From NCBI RefSeq assembly GCF_000143415.4, contig NW_003314271.1, forward strand, positions 1,966,806-2,030,805: a stretch of DNA of 64,000 nucleotides. The letters run 5' to 3'. The position numbers and the translations under genes are program-made. The notes under the pieces are model-generated. The model was not told where the DNA came from and ran no database searches. It saw nothing but the letters and a program-made list of their open reading frames with translations. The DNA comes from Selaginella moellendorffii. Taxonomy: Eukaryota > Plantae > Lycopodiophyta. Shown piece by piece: positions 23,596-34,504 of the stretch; positions within the stretch are counted from its first letter, which is position 1; every line of letters begins with the position of its first letter.

Positions 23596-26500
23596 ATGGA
23601 GATTTTGGAGGAAAATCTGCTTGCATGGCCGCCGGTTCCACCGTGACGAGGAATTGGAATCCACATCGATCGCAGCGATATGGCATGCGCGGCTCACTAT
23701 CCAGGTTCGAGGAATGGCGCTCTCGTCGATGAGCTAGCGCTCACTGCATTGGATTTTCTTGTCCTCAGCATTGGTGGAGGCAGCTCCGAGCTGTAGAAGG
23801 TGTTGCTGTACAATCTCTGCATGGATTGCGCCCCGGCAACTCACTGGCACTCTAGCCAACACCGCTGATTCTCATCTCCAGACTGAAATTAAGTCGAAAA
23901 GGGGATTTCTTCGAACAGCTGCTATTCTACAGGTGCGTAAAGTTTCCCATCAATCTCTTCTATCTCTGAGAAAAGCGTGCTCTCGTAGAAGTCTTCCGCT
24001 TATAAAAGGCTGCGGAGCTGTCGTGTTCACAATGGATCGGATACCTCCGAGGAATATGGATTCAGTTCACTATGGGATGTAAGTTCTTTCTGATTTTTCT
24101 TGTATCTAGTTCTTGATTTCTCACGCCACCAGAAACTGCGGACTAGCATCTCTTACCTTTCGCAAGGAGAACTTAACAGGGTGAAAGAAGCTCTGAAGGT
24201 ACGAAGATATGCACGGATTTTTCTTTTGGCTCAGTACTTTCGCAGTTGGCTTTCGATGCACACGACGGGCAAAAACGGCGGAGTGGTGAGCCTTATATCA
24301 TCCATCCGGTTGAGGTCGGACGCATACTTGGCGAGCTTGTAAGTAGTTCAGAAGCCGTTTTTAGCTTCACGCTTACGTACATGCCTAGGAAATGGATTGG
24401 GAAACTATTGCGGCTGGACTTCTTCACGACACTGTGGAGGACACGGACTTTGTAACTTTTGAAAAGCTAGAGGAAGAGTTTGGTTTTAATGTCCGCAGGA
24501 TCGTCGAAGGTGAAACGAAGGTACGTCGCAGGAAACATCTTTTGAAAAGAATACAAATACAACTGATTCAAATCTGCAGGTTTCTAAGCTGGGAAAGATT
24601 CAATTTTCTGATTCTCAGGCCGCAGTACAGGATGCTCAGGCGGACGATTTGCGACAGATGTTTCTTGCAATGACAGAGGAGGTTCTGTACTTGATTTTTT
24701 TTAATCCTTGTCATCTCATCACTGCTTTTATTTATTTTAGGTGCGCGTGATCGTTGTGAAGCTTGCTGACAGACTGCACAATATGCGCACGTTGTCGTTC
24801 ATGCCAGAACACAAACAAGTTAGGCGTCCACTTTAAGCGAGCTCACGGTGCTAACACTTATTTCTTCAGAGGCATATTGCTCTTGAAACGCTTCAGGTTT
24901 TTGCACCATTGGCTAGATTGCTAGGTATACATAAAATCAAGGTACTGAAATGCACTTTTTGGTCTTGGTCCTAACAATGACGTGCTCTTTTTTCATTCAG
25001 TCAGAACTGGAAGAGCTATCTTTTATGTATGCGTATCCTGCAGATTATATTGACATGAAAAAAAAAGTCGAGAAGCATTTTAAAAGTCAAAGCGATCTGA
25101 TTTTGCAGGTAAGTTTGTTTTGTCTTTGTTGTGTTCTTGACACGTTGTGGACAGGCCAAAAATGCGTTGGTAAAGTCTGTGCAAAGCGATCAATTTCTTT
25201 CTCATGTAATTGATGGTGTCAACATTTTTACTTTATGTAAAGACCTGTATAGGTATTGTTTCAAAATACGTATTGGAATTGTGAAGGAGCGGGTTTGCAT
25301 GCAGCATATACAAGAAAAAGAAAAATCTAGAAGAAGCTGGAGACGTTGCTCAGGTAGTAATATTTACCGGTTATGCCACCTGAATTTCCACTGTGTTACA
25401 GGTGAGGATTGTGCTGCAGCCGAAGCAGGATTCCATCGATCGTCTGTGCAGTGCCAAACAAGTATCGTGTCTATTATCGGTTTGTTTTTGGTAACTTGAA
25501 ATGATTGCTGCAGGTCTGCTATCATGTTCTCGGACTGGTACACACATTATGGTCTCCTGTACCGCAAACCGTAAGTTTTTCTTTGTAATGCCACTGAACT
25601 TAAAATTCGTGCTCAGATGAAAGACTACATTGCTACCCCAAAACCCAATGGCTACCAAAGTCTACACACTAAAGTCATCCCATTTGGTTCAAAGACATTT
25701 TTCCCACTGGAAATTCAGGTGCTTAATAGTTGCTATGTTGGTCTATTTTCTTAAAAACTTTTGTTTGCAGATTAGAACAGACAAAATGGACAAAATTGCG
25801 CAGTATGGCATTGCCGTGCACTTCAGTGGAAGCATAGCCTTAACACCAGCTATAAATGGTTCAAGGCAACAATCTAACTGTTTGAATGCTGCAGATCTTG
25901 CTCGCAGGGTATAGAAGTGTAGGGACGCAGATCTTCTCTTTCCTGAAGTATACTTAACTGTTTCTTTCTCAGGTTAGCTGGCTGAACTCTATCCGACAAT
26001 GGCAAGAAGAATTTGTTGGTAATATGACCTCAAGGGAGTTTGTTGACACTGTGACTGTTGATCTACTGGGGAGCCGAGTTTTTGTATTTACTCCAAAGGG
26101 AGAGGTTAGCTGGATAGTTAGTAACCATCATCACGTTGCTAAGGTTTGGCTTTGCGCAGATCAAAAATCTTCCAAGAGGCGCAACAGTTGTGGACTACGC
26201 GTACCAATTGCATGCGGATGTTGGCAACAAGATGGTTGGAGCAAAGGTAAGCTAAATCTTACTGTCTATCAATTCATGTATTTGTTTTGTCAGGTCAATG
26301 GCAACCTTGTATCGCCAACACACGTTTTATCAAATGCCGAGGTGGTGGAGATTTTGACATATGAGGTAATAAAGTTCACTTTTATCTCGCCTCTTCAACG
26401 TTTCGTTGCTTGCAACGTCAGGGCATATCAAACAAGAAGCAATTCTTACGGCACAAGCGGTGGCTGCATTTTGCGAGGACGAGAAGCGCCAGACACAAGC

Positions 26501-27391
26501 TGACGAAGTTTCTGAAGGAACAGGCACTTCTATCCGCGATAGAGCTGACAGCTGACGCTGTTAAAAAGTTCCTTTCCAACTCCGAAGAGCTTACTAGCGG
26601 GGAAGGACATCCAGTGACTGACGAGGACAAGGATCGGGATCGGGCTATGGCCGGTTTTAGTGGACACTTCAGCATGAACGATCTGGCTACTTCGAATCCC
26701 TACGCTGCCAAGTTGCTGCCAGTCCAAGACGCTATGATGTACGGTGGACGGATGATCAACGGGAAGCACGCCAAGAGGGGCGAGCTAGCCGGTAAACTGG
26801 GACGAGGGACTTGCGTTATTGGGAGTGCTGCCTCGGACAGCCAGAGAACGTATACTTACATTAACAACGTAACGGACGCCAGCCGAAGTCGAGAAGACTG
26901 GTTGATTGGCAGGCTAAAGAACTGGCAATGCCTGGGAAGCTCTGTGCAATGGTTCAGCATTTGCTGCATGGATCGAAGAAGTAAGCTGTTTTCCTGTCCT
27001 TGCTTTTTCTCCGCTAAGAAGAGGTGTTTATCAGACATTCTTGCGGAAGTAACAGGAGCTTTAGGCGGAGCTGGGATCTTAATTTGCGCCTGTGTGGTAA
27101 GACTTAAGAGCCTGGAGTTTCTCGCATATTATCACACATTGTCTGTCGTTAGGCTGAAACAGATGGGGTGAAGGGATTAGGGACGATGCTCTTCCACATT
27201 GAAGGTAGCACGGATAATCTGGTAAGTTTGAGAAATACCAATTACTGGCTCATACTTCATGCCTTTGTTTTGGCTAGTGGGAAGCATGCTCCAGTATGGA
27301 TATGATCGATGGGATCTTGAATTGGTCCATCGGTTGCTGCTGGCAACCTCCAGATACGAGGCAACGTATCGACTTGCAATATAATGCTTAG
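23596..27391 (+). CDS. RSH1: RelA/SpoT homolog RSH1 (HD hydrolase, SYN, TGS, ACT), many introns; 5' end uncertain
   Basis: [96 protein letters not shown] (TGS), and a C-terminal ACT-like region. Ends DLQYNA* at 27391. Confidence 0.92.
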
Positions 27392-28444
27392 AGTGAGGTT
27401 TCTAATGACAATTTCACTGCTTCTCTACTAAAAACTAGTTAGTGACACTCTTCTGCTAATAAGGTCTTAAATATATCTTTATTTTAAAACATCTATATTT
27501 ATAAACATTTTGTAAGGTTTATAAATATATGTATATAATAATTTGTTATGCGTTGCATGTAGCAATGTTTGGTTTGTTTAATAGTAGTGTTATTCTTACT
27601 TATTAATCCAATTGATCAAATAAAAACTTATAATTATAAATATGTTTATAATTTATAAACACAAGATTAATCTTATTGCATATCAACCATTAGATGGTAG
27701 AATAAAAAAAATATTAAAAAGTGTTTAAGAAAGTATAATCATAAATATATTTATAAATTATAAATACAAGATTAATCTAAATGAATAACAACCATTAGAT
27801 GGTAGAATATTCTAGAATATCTAAGCATATTCTAGGTACATTCACTACCATCCTAGCAAGTCTATTTAGGATTAAATTTGGTCCATCCATTCTTTTATAT
27901 AAATAAGGGTTTAAACCTAATATATTTAATTGGTGGAGGTGAGGAACATTATAATTTATCCTTGAAGGGTAAAACTTTTTGACAATATTTTACTCTAGTA
28001 TTCCTTTTTGTTCTTATTTCTTCATTCTCTTTTAAATTTAGATCTATATTACTTTTTTGCAAAATCTAGAATTTTAACTATTGTTATGCTTAAATTTGTT
28101 TTTTCTTTTGATTTTCATTGCATTCTTGTTTTTTGCCATGCCATACTATCATTAATCAAAAAGTATGTCATTTAAGGTTGTTGATGTTACTCCATTAGAT
28201 CAAGTTTTTGGTATTGTGGGGTGTGATCATATTAATGTTGCACCCATCTTTGGTGTATTGCCATCTCTAGTTTTTATAAGACATGATTACATGGTTTGTC
28301 CTATTCTTGGTGTTTTGCCATCTCTTGTTGATGTGGAATGTGATCATGACATTGATTGACAAACTATGAATGATGTAATCCAGTTTTTAGAGAATATTCA
28401 AAAATCAAGTTTATAAGAAGACAATATGTACAAGCTCAAGTGGA

Positions 28445-28617
28445 TTCTAGATTGTGATGATAAACTTGATTATTATAAAGATAGTTTTTCTAGATTGTGA
28501 TGATAAACTTGATTATTATAAAGATAGTTTTTCTAGATTGTGATGATAAACTTGATTATTATAAAGATAGTTTTTCTAGATTGTGATGATAAACTTGATT
28601 ATTATAAAGATAGTTTT
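28445..28617. repeat. Perfect tandem minisatellite, 43 bp x 4
   Basis: The unit TTCTAGATTGTGATGATAAACTTGATTATTATAAAGATAGTTT recurs with period 43 (CTAG at 28447, 28490, 28533, 28576). Confidence 0.95.
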
Positions 28618-30024
28618 GGAGACAAAATAGAGATTTCATAGAGTAAGTGTTAATCTTTCAATTTGCTATTTAATCCTCCCTCTTTATCTTCTATTCTTTC
28701 CCAACCTTCTTTTTATTTCTTAACTTGAGCCACCTTTTTATATTTCTAGTGTTTCTTCCTTATTTGCAATGTTTATTTTTCATGGTATATCAATCATTTG
28801 TGACTTTTATAATTATCATTCTCAATCTAGTGTTGAGTTGAGTGTTTCTATCTTTGATCAGTTCTAGCATTAAATATTCCTTTGTTGCAAGGGTTAAGTC
28901 ACTTTGGCCAGAGTTTTAGGTTGAGTGTATGGCTCTGGTCGAGAATGCTGTTGAAAGCTTTCATTTTATTATTGCTACTACAATATTTATGTATTACTTT
29001 GAGAGTGTAAACTTTTTTATTAATTTTTCTTAAGTGTTGAGCTGTGTGTTAGGGAGGTTGAATAGTGTGAATCTTTTGTTTATTTCACAGTGGCCAAAAT
29101 ACCCTAATATCTAGGTTTTGATCATATTTATGCCTTTTCTCCTTATTTATATTTTGACAACTATTGAAAATTCTTCTTTTGATGCTTTTTCATCCACTTT
29201 TTCTTCTTTTACAGTGTTTCTTCCCCAATTTTTCTCATTTTCTCTTCTTTGCTCTAACACTTCAAATTATTTTTTCTTCAGAGACAAAGTTTGGCCTCGA
29301 TAATAGAGTGAGGACGAACAGATACAGTGATGGAACAAAGATGAATGACATAAATTGTGAAGTAAGGACAAATATAGTAAGTCCGAATAAAACATTTAAC
29401 CTTGATGTAATAAGGCTGAATAAATGTGATAATAGAGTGAAGCCAAATATAAATGGTAGAGTGAGGATAAATGTAAATCCAGACAAAGTTACAATTTTTT
29501 TCCTTTGAGAAATGGATAAAGATGATATAAAGGATGAATGAAGTGAGTCAAACCTTTTATATGTAATGCTGAACAAAGTTGTGAGTTTGAGTTAATATGG
29601 GTTTTAGATGTTGATTGAAGGGAAGATGCAAAGGCAAGTTTTGCTTATGGTAATGAGTTTGAGTTAACAATAATCTTAGAAAATCATTAATAGGTAGACT
29701 TAAAAATAGGATATATTAGTTATTGCAATAGTGCTTTATAAACTATATTAACTCTCAAAGTCCCTTGTTTTTATTCAAAGTTATGGCTTTGGGGTTAATT
29801 CAACAATTTAGTAGTTGCACATAAAGTTGTAATTAATTCATAAAGGTTTCATAATCAAGTAATGTTTGTGCTATGCCTTTGGGTTTTGTTTTAGTTATAT
29901 TTATTAACAATTATGTTGGTGGTTTTGTGAGAGCTTTAGATTCTTATAGTACTTTATAATTGTCCACTTGACTTATTGTTATCACCTTTTCAAATTTTAA
30001 AAGGGAGGATGGTGTAAAGTTTGG

Positions 30025-30029
<5 letters not shown>

Positions 30030-30067
<38 letters not shown>
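30030..30067. repeat. (TA)n microsatellite
   Basis: About 19 TA units. Confidence 0.9.
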
Positions 30068-30071
<4 letters not shown>

Positions 30072-30906
30072 CTTTGCTTATATAATATGTTAATTCTAAT
30101 ATTATAACATATAAACCATCTATTTGGGATTGAATTTGGTCCATTCATTCTTAATATACCTATTACTATATCCTAAACACTCATAATTTTAAATTAAAAT
30201 AAATTTTAATATTTATTTAAACTATTGTAAATCTCTAAACTTTTGACTTTTTACGTAGTGTTTCTTAATAAGGTAATATAAACTTTTGAACAGTGTTTCT
30301 TGATAAAGTAATTTTGAGTTCTAGAATATGATTATTTGAGCACTATTATATGTATATTTACATATTATTTTGTTTAGGGTTATCTATGTAACTTTTATTT
30401 TTGGTTGAATTGAGTGGTCACATTTTCTTATATAAATTTTAATTTAAAAAAGAGTTAAAATAAATTTAGAGTTAAATTAATTTTAAAATACATTTAAAGA
30501 GTTTTTTTTATTTTTTAAAACTATTGTTGAATAGCTACTAGTTAAAAGTTTTACCCATAATAAAATACTATTTACTAATACCTTATATATTTTAGAATTA
30601 TGTGTTCTATAGGGAGCAGTTTTATGAAAACAAAGTTGTTAATTAATGAGTATAACATGTAAATAAAATATTTATGAAAAAAATTATTTCAATCATTAGC
30701 TTTTAAAATTGTCAAAAAAATTTATTTATATCCTATGAAAACAGTAAGAAAAATTAAATATATTTAATAAAAGTTATATTATAAAAATTATAAATTGTTA
30801 AATCATTTTAAATATAAATAGTATATTTCAACTCTTAAACACAAGCACAAATATCAAAATGTTTTACACATTAAATAAAATCTGACATTGGTTATGTGAT
30901 TTTTAC

Positions 30907-33254
30907 TTAATAAGTGGGTTGCAAGGTGTTGACAAACCGGCGACCCTGTGACGCCAGCATGTCATTGAAGTCCGCTTGCGTCGGCAGCGGCTTCTCGAAC
31001 TCAAACACGTCAAACATGAGCCGCCTCACCTCCGCCTTACCGTAAACAATGTAGCCCAGGCCGTGTAGCGCCTGTTGGGTGGCTGAGTGCGTGAAGTTCC
31101 TCAGACGGTGGCATCTCGCAAACTCAAGCTGCCGCTCCTCGCCGTAGGTGATGAACTTGTGGAGCCTCTTCATGCGCAGTCGCCTCCCGCAGATCCGGTT
31201 GATTGTAATTCCCCGGTGGATCCTGTTGAGGAAGATCGCCGGGGCGTCCAGGTGTTTCATCAGTAGCCTCTCCGCCATGACAACGTCCTGTTTTCTCGAG
31301 TATGATCCTTCCAAACCATAAGAAACGAACGAAAATTTGCTATTACCTGGATCTTTGATCCTATGAACTCCAGTCTCTCGTAACAAAACCGGGGGTGGTC
31401 GTTCTTGTAAGCCGAGGGATGCATGAAGCACAGCTGTTAAAAACAAAGGAGAGGATGACAAGGCGCTTTCGTGGAAACTTGAGCAAGTTACCTGGAGTCC
31501 CAAGCCCAGCTCGATTTCTCTGGCTTCTGTCATATCCAGGTTCTCGTCTCTTACATCCAAAGGGTAGCCCAGTATGTCCATGACTTTGGGACGAGACTCC
31601 ACGTCCCACAGGTTTCTCCGGAAACGGTACATGCCAGGTGGTACACAAGCTCTGAAGAGCCTCGGAGCGGCAAATAACGCATCCTCAGGTGGCTGGGGAA
31701 GATAGATGAAGTCAAATCAGGAGTCAGTTCAAAGGATGTGTTACTCTACCTTGTAAAATGCAATATCTTTCCAGGTGAGTCGTCGGCCCTCGAAGTCCGC
31801 TGACACATGATCCACATCCTCGTGTTTTGATCTCACTTTAGGCTGTGCCGACTTTGCGTCCAAATCAAATGCGAACGTCTCGAACAGCAGCTTGTACACC
31901 TCGGACATACCGAGTGACAAATAAACGGCTGCAATGAGAGCAAGGAACACAGACCTGCAGGGAAGAGAGAACAAACACACATCTGCAAAGTTCGTAAAGA
32001 ATGACACGCTTACTTGGACAGCAGGCACCGTTGCGGAAACCTTGGACGAAAATTCTCGTCTTCTGGGAAAGCAAGCTGGTGAAGCCCCGCATCGGACAGA
32101 ATACGCTCGAGGCCCCGTTTGTTCGTCACTGCAAATGCTCGTTCTCTCAAGCTTGCTGGCGTATCTCGAGGATACATCTGCAGTAGCAGCTCCGCCATTG
32201 CCAGATCCAACACGAACTCTCCAAGGAACGCAAGCCTGTAGTGTCCGACTCGTGTGTGCCGCATCCTCTTGGCCCTGTAGCTCTCCTCGTGTTGGAACGC
32301 AAGGTACAAAAATGTGTGCAGATGTGCCTTTGGATCCGGACTGCTGTGCTGCCAGAACTTCTCGTCATCTTCCACGTCCCGGTCGTAATCTTCGCCAACC
32401 TTTCCATATCCAAGGATGTCCTTCACCTCCACCATATTCTCGTGGATCCACTCCTTGTCGAATTCCGTGAAAGGAGCCACCGGCAGCAACGAGCTCAGAA
32501 CAGGGAGTGAATTTAGCCTCAGCTGGGGACTGGCTAGAATTCTCCGTGCAAGCTGCCTCTCGCTCATTGGAGGCTTGAGAATGAACAGTCTGTGAACAGG
32601 CTGCCCGAGACCACCTCTTCGTCTCCTAGGATCCACTCTACTCGGTCCCGGATATGGGCCTCGTCCGCCAGTCACCAGAGGCAGCGGAAACGGTCGGTCT
32701 ACCCTGGTTGCAGCCAAACTAGTCGTTTCCTCCTCATTCTCTTCTTCCTCACTGCCACCTTCTTCTTCGTGCTCGTTCTGTTGTCCATCCTCATCACTAT
32801 AATCCGATTCTAAGTCTTCTTCGTCTGCTCGGTCCTCCTCATCACTATAATCCGATTCTAATCCCTCTTCCTCGTCGTCGTTGTCTTCACCATATCCCCT
32901 TTCGGTTTCCTCACTACCTTCTTCCTCCGACTCTAGCTCTTCTTTTCCATCACCATATTCCCTTGCTTCTTCGTCGTCAAAGGCCCTGCTTTCACCACCT
33001 AGTTCACCCCAAGCTCCAGACTCAAATTCTTCGCTGCCACTACCATAGGCTTCTCCTCGAGCCTCGAATCTATGAACTCCCTCTAGTCGTCGACTATACG
33101 ATTCAGAACTACAGCCTACCTTGGAACCCAGACGATTTCTGTGCTGCCCAAGCTTGCCTGAGCCACAAAACCTGTTTCCCAGCACCGCATTCTCGCTGTG
33201 CCGCGGCGGCCACAGCAGAGAGAAGGCCGGAGCCGCTGCCACCCCTAGAACCAT
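30907..33254 (-). CDS. RNC1: RNC1, chloroplast RNase III-domain group II intron splicing factor
   Basis: LFILKPPMSERQLARRILASPQL, RHTRVGHYRLAFLGEFVLDLAMAELLLQMYPRDTPASLRER, EDVDHVSADFEG, PPEDALFAAPRLFRACVPPGMYRFRRNLWD, ERLLMKHLDAP. Transit-peptide-like N-terminus and an acidic tract. Confidence 0.9.
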
Positions 33255-33313
33255 CCCTAAGAGCAGAGCATCCTCTTTCCCTTACTATACCTTGTACGGT
33301 CGAGTAGAAACGC

Positions 33314-34397
33314 TCAGTTCAGTGGCCTTTGGCACTCGGGCAAGTTATCGACGTAGAGGCAGCGCAGCATCTCCAGGTATGAATCGGCCTTCTCAGGAAG
33401 CCATTCCTGCGTCTCGATTGGAGGAAGGAACTTCACTGTCAGTGGAGCTGGGCGGATCTTGAGGCTATCCTTGTGCCAGGCGCGGTGGGTGCCCGTGATT
33501 ACGATTGGAACAATGGGACGCTTTGTTTGCAAGGCAATGTGAACAACTCCCTGTGGAAGAGAAGATAAAAGAGAACGAGGGTAAGCCACACCGTACGGTA
33601 CTGTGTGTGTAAAGCTTACTTTCTTGAATGGAAGGAGTCGGCCACTGGCCGATCGCGTCCCCTCGGGGAAGATTATGAGCGATAGGTCTTTCTTCGTCAC
33701 GGATTTGGCCACCTGGGAGAAGAGATTGCGAGGAATCGTGATTGAATCATCGCCAAATCGATTGATCCTCACCTCGTTGATGGAGCGAATCGCGGCATTG
33801 GGATTGGAGCGGTCGATTCGCAGGTGATTGGCGAGCACGTAGAGCTGGCCGAAGAGCGGGTACCAGATAATCTACCACAAAGAGAGCGATAATCGATTGA
33901 TCGATCAGGAAATCGCGATTCGCACCTCTTTCTTGGCGATCCCGACGGTCCCCAGCGGCGTGAGCCACATGACGAGGAAGATGTCCAGCGGCGACGCGTG
34001 ATTGCAAATGTAGATCGCCTTGGCATTGGCGTGCTCGGCGCCAGTGATCTTTATAGGGTTTCCAAGAATCCAGAGCTGGGAGAAGATGAAATCCACACAA
34101 AATCACGATGAAATATTCGTGCTCCCTGCCTACCAGGATCCTCCCAGTGATGTGGCCATAGAGATTTCCCTGCTTGATCCTCTCGTAGGGCCAGGGGAGG
34201 AGCAAGAGCATCACGCCAGTCCAGATTGCCGTGGTGATCGCCATGACGACGAAGCACGCCACGATCTTGAGCCCCGACGCGAGCGCAATTCTCAGGCCGG
34301 AGCTCTCGACGTAGCGATTTGGATCGAAATCGTCATTCCGAGAGCAAGCCTCGCGATCGCGAGTGGGAGATTGGGAGGGAGAAGAAGAAGAAACCAT
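33314..34397 (-). CDS. 1-acyl-sn-glycerol-3-phosphate acyltransferase (PlsC-like, class B LPAAT)
   Basis: LLPWPYERIKQGNLYGH, YICNHASPLD (NHx4D), GIAKKE, HLRIDRS, IFPEGTRS, LLPFKKG, PIVPIVITG. Confidence 0.9.
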
Positions 34398-34504
34398 CGC
34401 GCACTGCTATAGGAGGGAAAAAAAAGAGTAAAGCAAATAGTAGTGGTATCTCTACCTTTTAACTTTCCCAGTCTCAATCGCAGCCGTTGGAATTTTCTAT
34501 TTGA

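Noticed and set aside
28445-28617. CRISPR-like array
   Set aside because: The units are head-to-tail with no unique spacers, there are no cas genes, and the context is eukaryotic. It is a minisatellite.
29118-29576. Short ORFs in the AT-rich island
   Set aside because: They have low-complexity composition, no recognisable domain and no convincing splice structure.
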